Of a stretch of 64,000 nucleotides of DNA, positions 27,233 to 39,387 are shown in pieces. The DNA lies in contig CBDDDZ010000005.1 of NCBI GenBank assembly GCA_965226795.1, forward strand, positions 1,824,001-1,888,000, in the 5' to 3' direction. This stretch comes from Candidatus Latescibacterota bacterium. GTDB lineage: Bacteria; Latescibacterota; UBA2968; GCA-2709665. Below the pieces are notes generated by a model that had not been told where the DNA came from, searched no databases, and was given only the letters and a program-made list of their open reading frames with translations. A program made the translations under genes and the position numbers. Positions within the stretch are counted from its first letter, which is position 1. Each line of letters opens with the position of its first letter.

Positions 27233-28727
27233 ATTGCTCCTCCAACATCCTTGCACGCCCGGCTTCCCGCCGCCATCGAAGCAGACCGTACGCGACGATG
27301 AGAACCGGCGGCAGCAATACATTCAACCATTTCCAACGCGCCTTCTCCGCGTCGTCGAGTTCCATCAGAGGCCGTGTTGTAATCTCCCGCGAGCGGAGTG
27401 CCACCAGATCGCTATCGCCCATCAGGAAATCGACGACATTGGCAATAAACACGAAATTCTCCTGAAAAGTACCCCCGGATTCGTCGTCGAACAACCCGGA
27501 ATCGCCCACCAGAACCACCTGGCTCATTCCCTGCGCGCCATCCCGCCGCGCCAGCGCTCCTACAACCTTCCCCGATTGATTCAATGTGTTGAAGAACGGA
27601 TTCTCCATAGGCTGTAGATTGAAGAATCCGGTCATCACACCGGATCGGTCAGACGTATACATCAACGGCGTTGTCTGCGCGGCGCCCGCGGCCGAATCGG
27701 CCAGCGCAATCTCGCTGCTGAAAAGCAGGCGCACCTGCTCGAGTCCGCCCACCGTCAGGTGCTTGCCGAAGCGGTGTATCACAGGGAAAAACGGATATTG
27801 TAGCTGTGAACTCATTTGAAGAAATCCGTGGCGCTGGCTTATCGTGATCGCGCTGCATCGCTGATCCAGCACCAGATTTTCCTTCAATTGCAGGCCCAAT
27901 GCTTCCAGAAAGTCAAATAGATTCGACTGTATCGCCGTTCCGCGTTGACCGTTCAGGTCACCGGCGACCCGCCCCTGTCCGACAAACAGATTGCCTCCCC
28001 GATTCGCGAACGCCTCGAGGTTCTTGAGTTCATCCTCGCTCAACGAATCCGTCACCCCGCTGATCAACAACAGGCCGATGTCGTCCGGCACCGGGGAGGC
28101 CAGCCTGATGTTTCGAACGAGGTACGACTGCTGGAGCACGGCGGAAATATTCCGAACCCGGGGCGGCTGAGCGCCGATGATCGCAAATGCGACCGCCTGC
28201 TTATCCGTGTCCAGAAGCTTCTTGATCTGTGTGGTGATTTCGTACTCGAGGCCGGTTGTACTCTCAATTACCGGTATCGCCTCGCGACCGTCCCCATACA
28301 GAAACACGATTCCCATGTAGACCCGTTTCACTTCCAGCTTGTCGTTTTCCACCACCTGGAGCTGCACCGGCTGAATTCCGTATTTCCGCGCTTCGTCCGC
28401 CAGTGTCTGATCGTCTTCGGGCCGAAAAAACTCGAACCGCACGCGACCCCCGCCAAACGCTTCGTATTCTTCAAGAATATCCTGCAGGTAGCGCCGGTTG
28501 TTGCCGTACTGACCCGGCAAATTGTCCGTAAAGTAGACCTTCATCGTCAATAAATCTTCTACCTCGTCCACCACCCGTTTGCTGGACTCGGAAAGTGAAT
28601 AAATCCCGTTCGCAGTCAGATCCAACCGAAAAAACAGGTCTCTCGACACGAAGTTCAGGGCCGCGACGATGACGACCGCCAATAGCAGATAGATGGTGAA
28701 CGACCGTCTATTGTGAACCGCAAACAT
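27225..28727 (-). CDS. GldG-like ABC transporter auxiliary component
   Basis: RLDLTANGIYSLS, LEYEITTQI, VLVGDS, DLVALRSR, terminal TM helices. Confidence 0.88.
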   Translation of the reverse strand: MFAVHNRRSFTIYLLLAVVIVAALNFVSRDLFFRLDLTANGIYSLSESSKRVVDEVEDLLTMKVYFTDNLPGQYGNNRRYLQDILEEYEAFGGGRVRFEFFRPEDDQTLADEARKYGIQPVQLQVVENDKLEVKRVYMGIVFLYGDGREAIPVIESTTGLEYEITTQIKKLLDTDKQAVAFAIIGAQPPRVRNISAVLQQSYLVRNIRLASPVPDDIGLLLISGVTDSLSEDELKNLEAFANRGGNLFVGQGRVAGDLNGQRGTAIQSNLFDFLEALGLQLKENLVLDQRCSAITISQRHGFLQMSSQLQYPFFPVIHRFGKHLTVGGLEQVRLLFSSEIALADSAAGAAQTTPLMYTSDRSGVMTGFFNLQPMENPFFNTLNQSGKVVGALARRDGAQGMSQVVLVGDSGLFDDESGGTFQENFVFIANVVDFLMGDSDLVALRSREITTRPLMELDDAEKARWKWLNVLLPPVLIVAYGLLRWRREAGRARMLEEQYG

Positions 28728-28730
28728 TGA

Positions 28731-29444
28731 CTACCTCCACTTTCTCATCTCCAGAACCCGCAGGGTGAGCGCCAGAAACAACCAGATCATTCCCGCGAAA
28801 TAGATAAGATTCCTGGAATCCACGACGCCCCGCGCAATATTCGACAAGTGATAGTCCACACTCATATATTGCGCAATAGTCGCCAGCCCCGCCGGTATGA
28901 AAAGCAGCAGCTTGTCCAGCAGGAAAAACACCATGATAATTGCGATCGCAATAATCAATGAAACCACCTGGTTCTCTGTCAGGCTGCTTGCAAACGTGCC
29001 CACGGCCGCGTAAAACGCGCCCACGAGGACAAGACCCACGTATCCCGTAATCACCGCACCGACATCCACGTGCGTCCCCACGGCCAGGAGCGTGAGAAAA
29101 TGCACCAGCGTAAACAGCAGCCCCACCACGATCAGGCTCACCGCCGCCACGTATTTTCCCGTGACGAATTCAACGTCCTGGATGGGCATGGTAGCCAACA
29201 CTTCCATGGTTCCCAGGTTCTTCTCCTTCGCGATCAGTCCCATGGAAATAGCCGGTACGAAAAACAGGTAGACCAACGGTACGATGTTAAAGAGGGCACG
29301 CATATCGGACTGTCCGATAAGGAAGAATGTACTCGTGAAAAAGTACCCGCTCAAAACCGCGAATATCACCAGAAAAATGTAGGCCATGGGGCTGTTGAAG
29401 TAGGAACGCAGTTCTTTCAGATAGATCGCCTTCGCATTACGCAT
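28731..29444 (-). CDS. GldF-like ABC-2 permease
   Basis: KELRSYFNSPMAY, EKNLGTMEVL, ASSLTENQVVS, RGVVDSRNLIYF. Confidence 0.9.
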   Translation of the reverse strand: MRNAKAIYLKELRSYFNSPMAYIFLVIFAVLSGYFFTSTFFLIGQSDMRALFNIVPLVYLFFVPAISMGLIAKEKNLGTMEVLATMPIQDVEFVTGKYVAAVSLIVVGLLFTLVHFLTLLAVGTHVDVGAVITGYVGLVLVGAFYAAVGTFASSLTENQVVSLIIAIAIIMVFFLLDKLLLFIPAGLATIAQYMSVDYHLSNIARGVVDSRNLIYFAGMIWLFLALTLRVLEMRKWR

Positions 29445-30381
29445 TGGACGCCCCCTCACCGGTGAGATTCCTGAAAACGTCCTCCAGCTGAACTCGAACC
29501 TGGCTCATTTCAAGAATCACCCATCCATGGTCTTTGGCATAGTGAAAGATCCGCTCCCGGGGATCCGTGTCGCGGTCGTATTCCAGAAAGAGCGTTCGAG
29601 ATCCGTTGTTTTCGGCGGTGCCAGTTAGCGCGACCCCATGCAGTTGTTCAGGCAGCCCCTGCACGCTCTCGTCTTCGGCCTTTCTGACCTCCAGCGTTAA
29701 CTGTGTCTGTCCCCTGAAGCTGGACATCAGTTCCTCCCGCAGGCCGTCCGCGACGATTTCTCCATGGTGAATGATGATGACGCGGTCCACCGTCGCTTCG
29801 ATTTCCTGCAGGATGTGGCTTGACATGATCAGTGTCTTCTCACGCCCAAGAGACCGGATCAACTCGCGGATTTCCACAATCTGGTTGGGGTCCAGCCCCG
29901 TCACCGGTTCGTCCAGAATCAGAATATCCGGATCGTGAAGTATGGCCGTTGCAAGACCGATCCGCTGTTTATACCCCTTGGAACACTCCTGCACCGCCCT
30001 GTGAACCACGCCGGCAAGCCCGCACTGCTCGACAACCCGCTCCAGCGCCTGACGGAACGCCCGGCCCTCCATGCGTCGAATCGTCGCAATGAACTCGAGC
30101 AGGTCGTAAACGATCATTTCACCGTAAAGCGGGTTCAATTCGGGCAGGTACCCGACCCGCTTGCGTATCTCCAGGGAATCTTCCACAATATTCATGTCGT
30201 CCACAAACACATTGCCGGCGGTTGCCGACAGATACCCCGTCATTACCTTCAGCGTGGTTGACTTCCCGGCCCCGTTCTCGCCCAGAAATCCCAGAATCTC
30301 TCCATCGTTAACCTGGAAACTGATATCCCGAACGGCCCGGACGTCACCGTAATTCTTGACAAGATTTTCCACCCGGATCAT
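29437..30381 (-). CDS. GldA-like ABC transporter ATP-binding protein
   Basis: GENGAGKST, SKGYKQR signature, LILDEP, SSHIL. Confidence 0.93.
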   Translation of the reverse strand: MIRVENLVKNYGDVRAVRDISFQVNDGEILGFLGENGAGKSTTLKVMTGYLSATAGNVFVDDMNIVEDSLEIRKRVGYLPELNPLYGEMIVYDLLEFIATIRRMEGRAFRQALERVVEQCGLAGVVHRAVQECSKGYKQRIGLATAILHDPDILILDEPVTGLDPNQIVEIRELIRSLGREKTLIMSSHILQEIEATVDRVIIIHHGEIVADGLREELMSSFRGQTQLTLEVRKAEDESVQGLPEQLHGVALTGTAENNGSRTLFLEYDRDTDPRERIFHYAKDHGWVILEMSQVRVQLEDVFRNLTGEGASNA

Positions 30382-30597
30382 TCACGTTCCTCCTTCAACC
30401 CATGGTGCCCGGAAAACACTAAGCGCATCTGAATTCGACCAAAAAAATAAATAAAAAAAGCCGAAGCGTGTCAAGCCCCTTCTCAGAAAAAAACGCACTT
30501 GCGCGCCTCCCCTGCGCTGCACGCGGGGAGGCCCTGCTCACCGTAACCCGCTGAACAGCTAGCGCGACGACGATTTGGTGACAGCGCTTAATTTTCC

Positions 30598-30626
30598 TTG
30601 ACACGCTATTAAAAATCCTGTACTTT
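30598..30626 (+). promoter_or_regulatory. sigma70-type promoter of the ilvN-leu operon
   Basis: TTGACA (30598-30603) - 17 nt - TACTTT (30621-30626). Confidence 0.65.
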
Positions 30627-30675
30627 TTGTGTTTTAAGATACAGGATGGTCGGATCCTTATCGGAGAGTGCTACG

Positions 30676-30834
30676 ATGAATCCTTATGCTTTAACCTACA
30701 CGCCGGCGTCCTCCGGTGCCAGCCCCTTTCCGGTCCTGCACCCTTCCATTGCGGCCACCGTCGCACGTGCGGAATTTCTTATCCTCCCCGCATCCTCAAG
30801 CCTCTTATTGTCCGCCATCCTTCTGGACAATTGA
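30676..30834 (+). CDS. Putative Leu/Ile-rich leader peptide (52 aa)
   Basis: GGAGAG RBS; C-terminus [19 protein letters not shown] with tandem Leu codons CTC-TTA-TTG (30802-30810). Confidence 0.6.
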   Translation: MNPYALTYTPASSGASPFPVLHPSIAATVARAEFLILPASSSLLLSAILLDN

Positions 30835-30953
30835 ACGCACAAAAGAGGCTCTCTTCCACGTCGAATCCCCTGAAAAATCAAAGAACGCCGATCCCGGAAC
30901 GAGCCTCTCGGGCAATCGCGAGGTCCTTGCCCTGTCATATCTTTGCCAAGAGG
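30799..30953 (+). promoter_or_regulatory. Ribosome-mediated translational attenuator (segments 1:2, 2:3, 3:4)
   Basis: AGCCTCTT 30799-30806 / AAGAGGCT 30843-30850; AGAGGCTC 30844-30851 / GAGCCTCT 30901-30908; CCTCT..GGCAA 30904-30915 / TTGCC.AGAGG 30943-30953, which covers the ilvN RBS. Confidence 0.65.
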
Positions 30954-30961
30954 AACGAACA

Positions 30962-31519
30962 ATGCCAATAAGACACACGATTTCCGCGCTGGTCGAAAAC
31001 CACTTCGGTGTTCTATGCCGCATCTCCGGCCTTTTCTCCAGCCGAGGGTTCAACATCGACAGCCTCTCGGTGGGTGAAACCGAAGACGCCACCGTTTCCC
31101 GCATGACCATTGTCGTGAGGGGCGACGACCGAGTGCTGGAGCAAGTCGTCAAGCAACTCAACCGACTCGTGGACGTCATCCGGGTCATTGACATCACACA
31201 GGGTGAATTCGTAGAACGCGAACTGGCGCTCATAAACGTGAAATCCCAAACCGATACACGATCCGAAATCATCCAGATCGCGGAGATATTCCGGGCAGGC
31301 GTGGTGGATGTCAGTATCAGCTCAATGACCATCGAAGTCACCGGAAAAGAGGACAAAATCGCAGCCATAATCAACATGCTGCGGGACTACGGGATCAACG
31401 AAATCGCCAGGACTGGCACGGTCGCGCTTCTCCGCGACTCCCAGAAGAAAAACGCAGAGGATGGAAATCAGCATAGCGCCCCGCCAGCCGGAGAACGATC
31501 AACAGAATGTACGGCGTGA
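30962..31519 (+). CDS. ilvN: Acetolactate synthase small (regulatory) subunit
   Basis: [60 protein letters not shown]. Confidence 0.95.
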   Translation: MPIRHTISALVENHFGVLCRISGLFSSRGFNIDSLSVGETEDATVSRMTIVVRGDDRVLEQVVKQLNRLVDVIRVIDITQGEFVERELALINVKSQTDTRSEIIQIAEIFRAGVVDVSISSMTIEVTGKEDKIAAIINMLRDYGINEIARTGTVALLRDSQKKNAEDGNQHSAPPAGERSTECTA

Positions 31520-31647
31520 CGGATTCCGCTCTCATCCCGAATCGGACGTACTCGGGCGCCACATGGCGCTCGCTGCGAAGCCGCAAGGTCGGAGGGTTCC
31601 TGCGGCCACCAGTTGCCTGCTCCGGACGAAGGAGGAGATAGCACCCT

Positions 31648-33192
31648 ATGAATAATCGAGACCGTGTCGTCATCTTCGACACCACATTGCGCGACGCCGA
31701 ACAGACACCCGGCGCGAAACTTTCGGTACGCGAGAAAATCGAAATCGCCCAGCAACTCGGCAGGCTGAACGTAGACGTCATTGAAGCAGGTTTCCCGATC
31801 TCCTCGGATGAGGACTTTGAAGCGGTACGGCGAATCGGACAGGAAGTCGAGGGTCCGACCGTGTGCGGCCTCTCCAGGGCCGTGATGAAGGATATCGACC
31901 GGGCCGGCGAAGCGCTCAGGGGTGCGGCCAGACCCAGAATCCACACCTTCATCGGCACCTCACCGAACCATATCACCATGGTCGGAAAATCCGCCGACGA
32001 AGTGCTCGGCATGGCCGTGAACGCCGTTAAAAGGGCCAGGGCGTATGTCGACGACGTGGAATTCTCGCCCATGGACGCCGCCCGTACCGAACCGGGTTAC
32101 CTCTATGCGGTTATAGAGGCCACTATTGAAGCCGGCGCCTCTACGGTAAACATTCCCGATACCGTGGGTTATGCGGTGCCGGAACAGTTCGGCGGCCTCA
32201 TCCGCGATATCCGTGAGAATGTTCCCAATATAGCCCAGGCTGTGATCAGCGTACATTGTCACGACGACCTGGGCATGGCGGTCATCAACAGCCTCACAGC
32301 CATCCTGAACGGAGCACGGCAGGCGGAATGTACCGTTAACGGCCTGGGCGAACGCGCCGGCAACGCTTCGCTCGAGGAAATTGTGATGGCAATCCGCACC
32401 CGGGGTGATTATTACCGGCTATATACGAATATAGACTCAAAGGAAATCTGTCCCACGAGTCGGCTTGTGAGCCGGCTGATGGGTATACCCGTCGCCCCCA
32501 ACAAGGCCATTGTGGGCGCAAACGCCTTTGCGCACAGTTCCGGCATACACCAGGACGGAGTCCTGAAAAACCGGGCGAACTTTGAAATCATCGACCCGAA
32601 AGACGTGGGCCTCGAAGCCACGAGCATCGTGCTCACCGCAAGATCGGGGCGGCACGCCCTCCGGCACCGCCTGGAAGAATTGGGATACAACCTTGAACAG
32701 AACGACCTGAACAAGGCGTACGAGCGATTCCTGAAAGTGGCCGACAAGAAAAAAGAGGTGTACGACGAAGACCTGATGGCCATTGTGGATGACGAGATCC
32801 GGGATATTCCCGAGAAATACCAACTCCTGTACATGCACACCACCAGCGGCACCGGCACCATCCCCTCCGCCACCGTGCGGATTTGCATCGAGGGCGAAGA
32901 GGAAATCCAGGAATCCGCCTGGGGCGACGGTCCGGTCGATGCCACCTACAAAGCCATCGCGCAGGCCACGTCGACTGACGTCCAGGTCGACGAATACCAC
33001 ATCCGTTCCGTCACCCACGGCGCCGAGGCGATGGGGGAAGTGACCGTTAAGGTCACCCGTCAAGAAGAGAGCGCCAGGGGAAGGGGCGCATCGACGGACA
33101 TCATCCAGGCCAGCGCAAAAGCTTACATCGATGCCCTGAACCATCTGGCCGTACGCGCGGGCGTCCGGCGGCATCGAACAGAAGCGGTATAG
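31648..33192 (+). CDS. leuA: 2-isopropylmalate synthase
   Basis: [63 protein letters not shown], regulatory GDGPVDA. Confidence 0.96.
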   Translation: MNNRDRVVIFDTTLRDAEQTPGAKLSVREKIEIAQQLGRLNVDVIEAGFPISSDEDFEAVRRIGQEVEGPTVCGLSRAVMKDIDRAGEALRGAARPRIHTFIGTSPNHITMVGKSADEVLGMAVNAVKRARAYVDDVEFSPMDAARTEPGYLYAVIEATIEAGASTVNIPDTVGYAVPEQFGGLIRDIRENVPNIAQAVISVHCHDDLGMAVINSLTAILNGARQAECTVNGLGERAGNASLEEIVMAIRTRGDYYRLYTNIDSKEICPTSRLVSRLMGIPVAPNKAIVGANAFAHSSGIHQDGVLKNRANFEIIDPKDVGLEATSIVLTARSGRHALRHRLEELGYNLEQNDLNKAYERFLKVADKKKEVYDEDLMAIVDDEIRDIPEKYQLLYMHTTSGTGTIPSATVRICIEGEEEIQESAWGDGPVDATYKAIAQATSTDVQVDEYHIRSVTHGAEAMGEVTVKVTRQEESARGRGASTDIIQASAKAYIDALNHLAVRAGVRRHRTEAV

Positions 33193-33263
33193 GCCCGGGG
33201 CTCCGGGCCACGCAACGCCGAATACCGTTTCCGAACCGCATTTTTCGGAGGTTGACACCACCC

Positions 33264-34667
33264 ATGGGCAAGAATCTGTTTAACAAGGTGTGGGATGCGC
33301 ACGCCGTTCGCGAGCTTCCATCGGGACAGACCCAACTCTTTATTGGCCTGCACCTGATTCACGAAGTAACCAGCCCACAGGCGTTTCAGATGATGCGTGA
33401 ACGCGGCCTCAAAGTCGCGTACCCCGAGCGCACCTATGCCACGGTGGACCATATTGTTCCCACCGATATCCGTACCCGTCCGCTCATGGATTCCATGGCG
33501 GAAGAGATGCTCGGAGCGATTGAGGAAAACACGCGGGAGTTCGAAATACCGCTCTTCAACCTCCACGACGATCGTCAGGGCATCGTACATATCATCGGTC
33601 CGGAACTCGGGCTCACGCAGCCTGGCATGACCATCGCCTGCGGCGACAGCCACACGTCGACGCACGGGGCGTTCGGCGCCATCGCCTTTGGCATCGGGAC
33701 CTCTCAGGTACGCGACGTTCTCGCCTCGCAGTGCCTCACGATGCACCCGCTCAAGGTCCGGCGCATCGAAGTGACCGGCAGCCTCTCGAAAGGCGTTTAC
33801 GCCAAAGATGTGATACTCAACATCATCCGCCGCCTCGGCGGCAAGGGCGGCGTCGGTTACGCTTATGAATACGCCGGACCGGTAATCGACGGGTTGAGCA
33901 TGGAAGAACGCATGTCCATCTGCAATATGTCCATCGAAGGCGGGGCGAGAGCGGGATACGCCAACCCGGACCAAACCACATTCGACTATCTCAGAGGCCG
34001 GGCATATTCGCCCGCCAATGGCGAGTTCGACCGGGCGGTGGACTGGTGGAAGTCCATGGCCTCGGATGCCGACGCCCACTACGACGATATTTTCGAGTTG
34101 GACGGGTCGGTGCTCGAACCCACCGTTACGTGGGGCATCACGCCCGGCCAGGGCGTCTATGTGTCCGAAAAAATTCCCGCCCTTCAGGACCTTCGTGAAG
34201 ACGAACGGGATGTCGCCTCAGAAGCTTACGAGTATATGGATTTTAACGCCGGAAGCCCGATTGCGGGCACGCCTATCGACGTCGCGTTCATCGGTTCCTG
34301 TACAAACGGCCGGATTTCCGATCTTCGAGAAGCCGCCGGCGTCGTGAAGGGGAACAGAGTGTCCGGGAATGTCAAGGCCCTTGTGGTACCTGGATCGGCC
34401 GCCGTGCGCAGGAACGCAGAAGCCGAAGGCCTGCATGAGATCTTCCGGGAAGCAGGGTTTGAATGGAGGGATGCGGGTTGCTCCATGTGTCTGGCCATGA
34501 ACCCGGACAAGCTCCAGCACCGCCAGATCTGCGCCTCCTCCAGCAACCGGAATTTCAAAGGCCGTCAGGGCAGCCCCACCGGGCGCACGCTGCTGATGAG
34601 TCCAGCGATGGTCGCCGCCGCGGCCGTTTCCGGTGAAGTGACGGATGTCCGTACCATATTGGCGTGA
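33264..34667 (+). CDS. leuC: 3-isopropylmalate dehydratase large subunit
   Basis: [53 protein letters not shown]. Confidence 0.97.
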   Translation: MGKNLFNKVWDAHAVRELPSGQTQLFIGLHLIHEVTSPQAFQMMRERGLKVAYPERTYATVDHIVPTDIRTRPLMDSMAEEMLGAIEENTREFEIPLFNLHDDRQGIVHIIGPELGLTQPGMTIACGDSHTSTHGAFGAIAFGIGTSQVRDVLASQCLTMHPLKVRRIEVTGSLSKGVYAKDVILNIIRRLGGKGGVGYAYEYAGPVIDGLSMEERMSICNMSIEGGARAGYANPDQTTFDYLRGRAYSPANGEFDRAVDWWKSMASDADAHYDDIFELDGSVLEPTVTWGITPGQGVYVSEKIPALQDLREDERDVASEAYEYMDFNAGSPIAGTPIDVAFIGSCTNGRISDLREAAGVVKGNRVSGNVKALVVPGSAAVRRNAEAEGLHEIFREAGFEWRDAGCSMCLAMNPDKLQHRQICASSSNRNFKGRQGSPTGRTLLMSPAMVAAAAVSGEVTDVRTILA

Positions 34668-34679
34668 AAGGACCCCCCG

Positions 34680-35276
34680 ATGAACGGTGCATCATCCTCA
34701 GTCACCCGCGCTGCCGGTCGAGGCATTCCCCTCCGGGGCAACGACATCGATACCGACCGGATCATTCCCGCGAGACACCTGCGCAACATCACCTTCGAGG
34801 GCCTCGGGGAATTCGCCTTCGAAGACGACCGGAAATCCACAGACCACCCTTTCGACGACGAACGCTACCGCGGGGCGTCGATCCTGGTGGTCAATGCCAA
34901 TTTCGGATGCGGATCCTCCCGGGAACACGCGCCTCAGGCCATCATGCGCTGGGGTATCAGTGCTATCGTCGGAGAATCGTTTGCGGATATATTCCAGGGC
35001 AATTGCACGGCAATGGGTTTGCCCTGCGTCACGGCGGCGGCCGGATGTATTCAGGCGTTGATGGACGCCATCGAATCCGATCCGGCACGGAAGGTCACGG
35101 TCGGCCTGAAAGAAAAGACCCTTGCGTGCGGCGATCTGACGGTCGACGTTCAAATCCCGGACGGCGACCGCATTCAGCTCCTGGAGGGGACGTGGGACGC
35201 CACCGGGATGCTTCTGGAGGGTCGTGAGACCGTTCGCGCCGTTGCGCGAAATCTCCCCTATATCTCAGGATTCTAA
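34680..35276 (+). CDS. leuD: 3-isopropylmalate dehydratase small subunit
   Basis: NDIDTDRIIPA, NFGCGSSREHAPQA, SFADIF. Confidence 0.96.
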   Translation: MNGASSSVTRAAGRGIPLRGNDIDTDRIIPARHLRNITFEGLGEFAFEDDRKSTDHPFDDERYRGASILVVNANFGCGSSREHAPQAIMRWGISAIVGESFADIFQGNCTAMGLPCVTAAAGCIQALMDAIESDPARKVTVGLKEKTLACGDLTVDVQIPDGDRIQLLEGTWDATGMLLEGRETVRAVARNLPYISGF

Positions 35277-35293
35277 CCCATTGGAGGAGCACT

Positions 35294-36358
35294 TTGTCCT
35301 ACAAGATCGCAGTCATCCCCGGCGACGGCACGGGTCCGGAAGTTGTCGCGGAAGGCCTGAAATGTGTAAACGCCGTCGCCCGGGCATGCGGATTCGACTA
35401 TGAAACCGTTACCTTCGACTTCGGCGGCGAACGGTACCTGAGAACCAACGAAACCCTGCCGGACTCGGCCCTTGAAGAACTTAAGGGATTCGACGCCATT
35501 TATCTGGGAGCCATCGGCCATCCCGACGTCAAGCCCGGGATCCTGGAGAAGGGCATTCTCCTGCGAACCCGCTTTGAACTGGACCAGTACATCAACCTGC
35601 GCCCGGTCAAGCTCTACCCCAACGTGGAATGCCCGCTCAAAGACAAGGGCCCCGCGGACGTCGACTTCGTTGTCGTACGCGAAAATACCGAAGGCCTCTA
35701 TTCCGGCGCGGGCGGATTCCTGAAGAAAGGCACCCCGGACGAAGTCGCCGTCCAGGAATCCATCAATACCCGAAAGGGAGTGGAGCGCTGCCTGAAGTAT
35801 GCTTTCGAATACACACGCAGGCGCAAGCGCGAGAACACTCTCACCCTCTGCGGCAAGACCAACGTACTCACCTATGCCTTCGACCTGTGGGAACGCGCGT
35901 TCAACGAGCTCGGAGACGCCGAGTACGCCGATGTCAAGCGGGACTATGCCCACGTGGACGCCATCACGATGTGGATGGTAAAAAACCCGGAATGGTTCGA
36001 CGTTATTGTTACTGACAACATGTTCGGCGACATCATCACCGACCTGGGCGCCATGATTCAGGGCGGCATGGGTGTTGCGGCGGGTGGCAACATCAATCCC
36101 GAGGGTGTTTCCATGTTCGAACCCATTGGCGGCTCGGCTCCGAAATATACCGGCATGGGGGTCATCAATCCCGTTGCCGGCATCGCCGCAGCGCAAATGA
36201 TGCTCGACGTACTGGGCGAGACCGAAGGCGCCAGGATCCTGGAAGACGCCATCATAGAGGTCGTTGGCACCAGACTCAAAGGTATGGGCGCCGGAGAAAT
36301 GGGTTACAGCACCTCCGAGGTAGGCGACCTCATGGCCGACGAAGTCGCTCGCACATAG
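35294..36358 (+). CDS. leuB: 3-isopropylmalate dehydrogenase
   Basis: [45 protein letters not shown]; leu operon context; TTG start with GGAGGAG RBS. Confidence 0.93.
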   Translation: MSYKIAVIPGDGTGPEVVAEGLKCVNAVARACGFDYETVTFDFGGERYLRTNETLPDSALEELKGFDAIYLGAIGHPDVKPGILEKGILLRTRFELDQYINLRPVKLYPNVECPLKDKGPADVDFVVVRENTEGLYSGAGGFLKKGTPDEVAVQESINTRKGVERCLKYAFEYTRRRKRENTLTLCGKTNVLTYAFDLWERAFNELGDAEYADVKRDYAHVDAITMWMVKNPEWFDVIVTDNMFGDIITDLGAMIQGGMGVAAGGNINPEGVSMFEPIGGSAPKYTGMGVINPVAGIAAAQMMLDVLGETEGARILEDAIIEVVGTRLKGMGAGEMGYSTSEVGDLMADEVART

Positions 36359-36543
36359 CGGGGGAAACCTCCGGTTGACGCACGTGAATCCAGCGGAACG
36401 GAAGTGGAATCACCCGGGCGGCCACCACCGCCCGGGTCGCATTGGAACGGCGATTGTTGAACGCGTGGACGGGACCGTCGAGCTGTTTGGGCGCGTCTGT
36501 TCCATATTCCTGAATCTCCGATCCAATGCAAAAGGAGCCTTTA

Positions 36544-38151
36544 ATGTCCAACCGTGTACAGATATACGATTCCACCCTTCGGGACGGCGCGCAGGCCGAA
36601 GGGATTGCATTCTCGCTGGATGACAAGCTCATGATCGCGCAGCGCCTGGACGCCCTCGGCGTCCACTACATCGAGGGTGGGTGGCCCAATCCCACCAACC
36701 CGAAAGATATGGAATTTTTCAAACGCATCAGAGAACACACCCTGGAAAACGCAAAGCTTGCCGCCTTCGGCAGCACCCGTCGGGCAAACAACCATCCGGA
36801 GGATGACGCCATCCTCAACACGCTGCTCCAGGCGGGCACCGACGTGGTCACCCTCTTTGGAAAGTCCTGGGAACTGCACGTTACCCACGTCCTGCGCACC
36901 ACTCTCGACGAGAACCTGAGACTCATCCGGGACTCGGTTGCGTTTATCGGATCGAACGGACGGGAGGTCGTATACGACGCGGAGCACTTCTTCGACGGTT
37001 ACAAGGCCGATCCCCAATACGCCATTGCCACCCTGCTGGCCGCACAGGAAGGCGGCGCCGGCATTCTGGTACTCTGTGACACCAACGGCGGCACCCTGCC
37101 CTCCGAACTGCCAGAAATCATCGAAGACGTAAAGCGGAAGATCAAACTGCCCTTCGGGATCCACACCCACAACGACGCCGGCGTGGGAGTCGCCAACGCG
37201 CTTGTGGCCGTCGAAATGGGCGCCGCCCAGGTCCAGGGAACGTTCAACGGGTACGGGGAGCGCTGCGGCAATGCCAATCTGTGCTCCATCATTCCGAGCC
37301 TCGAACTGAAACTCAACAAATCCAGTATCGGTCCGGAAAAACTCACGGGGCTAAAGGATTTCTCCCGCTTCCTGAGCGAAATCGCAAACGTCTATCACGA
37401 TCACCGCCAGCCTTATGTGGGAGAAAGCGCGTTTGCGCACAAGGGCGGGGTTCACATCGACGCCATGGTCAAGCAACCCGCTACGTACGAACACTGCGAG
37501 CCCGAACAGGTGGGCAACGAACGGCGCTTTCTGTTGTCCGAGCAGTCCGGAAGCGCCACCATCGCAGCCAAGCTGAACCATCTCGTTCCCGGACTCGACA
37601 AGAAACACCCGGCGCTTCAGCGCCTTCTTCGACAGATCAAGCAACTCGAACACGAGGGATACGTATTTGAAGCCGCGGAAGCATCCTTCGAAATCCTTGC
37701 TCGCAAGGCGCTTGGCGCCGTTTCCGACCCATTCCGGTTGATCGGATTCCGCACAATCAACCGGAAGTCGGCGGAAGGGACCGACGTCGAAGCGATCGTC
37801 AAAGTTGAGGTGGATGGCCAGATCTATCACACAGTGGCCGAGGGAGACGGGCCGGTGAACGCACTGGACGCGGCGCTGCGAAAGGGGTTGGAGTCGGTGT
37901 ATCCCATCCTCAGGGAAGTCCACCTCGAAGACTACAAGGTGCGTGTGCTATCCGGCAAGGACGGCACGGCCGCAAGGGTGCGCGTTCTCATCGAGTCCTC
38001 CGACAGCCACAGGGTCTGGAATACAATCGGTGTGTCTGAAAACATCATTGAAGCCAGTTGGATCGCTTTGGTCGACAGCCTCAGCTACAAGCTGCTCAGG
38101 GAGGGCTTCCTTACGAACAGCGAACCGATCGGACAGGAAGCAACGGCATAA
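36544..38151 (+). CDS. cimA: Citramalate synthase
   Basis: [60 protein letters not shown]. Confidence 0.92.
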   Translation: MSNRVQIYDSTLRDGAQAEGIAFSLDDKLMIAQRLDALGVHYIEGGWPNPTNPKDMEFFKRIREHTLENAKLAAFGSTRRANNHPEDDAILNTLLQAGTDVVTLFGKSWELHVTHVLRTTLDENLRLIRDSVAFIGSNGREVVYDAEHFFDGYKADPQYAIATLLAAQEGGAGILVLCDTNGGTLPSELPEIIEDVKRKIKLPFGIHTHNDAGVGVANALVAVEMGAAQVQGTFNGYGERCGNANLCSIIPSLELKLNKSSIGPEKLTGLKDFSRFLSEIANVYHDHRQPYVGESAFAHKGGVHIDAMVKQPATYEHCEPEQVGNERRFLLSEQSGSATIAAKLNHLVPGLDKKHPALQRLLRQIKQLEHEGYVFEAAEASFEILARKALGAVSDPFRLIGFRTINRKSAEGTDVEAIVKVEVDGQIYHTVAEGDGPVNALDAALRKGLESVYPILREVHLEDYKVRVLSGKDGTAARVRVLIESSDSHRVWNTIGVSENIIEASWIALVDSLSYKLLREGFLTNSEPIGQEATA

Positions 38152-38203
38152 GCTTCCCGCCAACCGGGGCGAAATAGGTCGGGTTTACTTTCAGGTTGAG
38201 AAA

Positions 38204-39376
38204 ATGAAAATCACGTCCCGCAGAATCGAGCGCCTTCCGCCGTATGTGTTTGCCGAAGTCAACGCGCACAAGATGCGCCTGCGCCGGCAGGGTTTGGATA
38301 TCATCGATCTGGGTATGGGAAACCCGGACCAGCCCACCCCCGCACATATTGTAGACAAGCTCATCGAAGTAGCCGGTGATCCGAAGACCCACCGCTACGC
38401 CCCTTCACAGGGCATCGCCGCGTTGCGCGCCGCCATCTGCCGGCATTACAGGCGGCGCTTCGGCGTCGACCTGGACCCCGACTCGGAAGCCCTTGTCACT
38501 ATTGGTTCCAAAGAGGGACTCGCCCACATATGCCTGGCCTTACTGGATCCAGGCGATCTCGCCATCGTGCCCAACCCGGCGTACCCTCTGCATCTTTACG
38601 GCGTCGCGATTGCAAACGGCAATGTTCTGAGTCTGCCTCTCCGACCGGAAAAGGAGTTCATTCCTGAAATCCAGATGGTGGCGAGAGAACTCTGGCCAAA
38701 ACCGAAAATGATGATCTTCAACTTCCCGAACAACCCCACCACCGCCACGGTGGACCCTGCTTTTTTTGAAGAAATCGTCGACTTCGCCAGGCGGCAGGAA
38801 ATTGTCGTCATCCACGACATGGCGTACTCTGACATCGTCTTCGATGGCTACGAGGCGCCCAGCCTGCTTCAGGTGAAAGGCGCCAAGGAAGTGGGCGTGG
38901 AATTCTACACGATGTCCAAATCCTACAACATGGCCGGCTGGCGGGTCGGCTTCTGCCTGGGCAATCCGGAAGTCATCGAAGCGCTGAAAACCATCAAACA
39001 TTACTACGACTACGGTATTTTCATGCCCATCCAGGTCGCCGCCATCGCCGCCCTGGACGGTCCTCAGGACTGCGTCGTTAAGGCCGCTGAGATCTATCGA
39101 TCCAGGCGCGATGTGCTGGTCGAGGGACTTAACCGAATCGGCTGGCCCGTTTTCAAACCCAAAGCATCGATGTTTATCTGGACGCCGATTCCCGAGAAAT
39201 ACCGTAATCTGGGCTCGATGCGGTTTGCCCTCAAGATGATGGAGGAGGCGGAAGTCGCCGTTTCTCCCGGAATCGGCTTCGGCGGCATGGGTGAGGGTTA
39301 CGTGCGCATTTCTCTCGTCGAAAACGAGCACCGTATCCGCCAGGCCGTCAGAAACATCAAACGGGCATTCTTTTGA
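38204..39376 (+). CDS. Class I/II aminotransferase (AlaC/LL-DAP aminotransferase-like)
   Basis: [54 protein letters not shown]. Confidence 0.85.
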   Translation: MKITSRRIERLPPYVFAEVNAHKMRLRRQGLDIIDLGMGNPDQPTPAHIVDKLIEVAGDPKTHRYAPSQGIAALRAAICRHYRRRFGVDLDPDSEALVTIGSKEGLAHICLALLDPGDLAIVPNPAYPLHLYGVAIANGNVLSLPLRPEKEFIPEIQMVARELWPKPKMMIFNFPNNPTTATVDPAFFEEIVDFARRQEIVVIHDMAYSDIVFDGYEAPSLLQVKGAKEVGVEFYTMSKSYNMAGWRVGFCLGNPEVIEALKTIKHYYDYGIFMPIQVAAIAALDGPQDCVVKAAEIYRSRRDVLVEGLNRIGWPVFKPKASMFIWTPIPEKYRNLGSMRFALKMMEEAEVAVSPGIGFGGMGEGYVRISLVENEHRIRQAVRNIKRAFF

Positions 39377-39387
39377 GGGGATCGGCT

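Noticed and set aside
36412..36437. 10-bp GC hairpin between leuB and cimA
   Set aside because: No U-tract, leader ORF or alternative pairing seen; not enough to call a regulator
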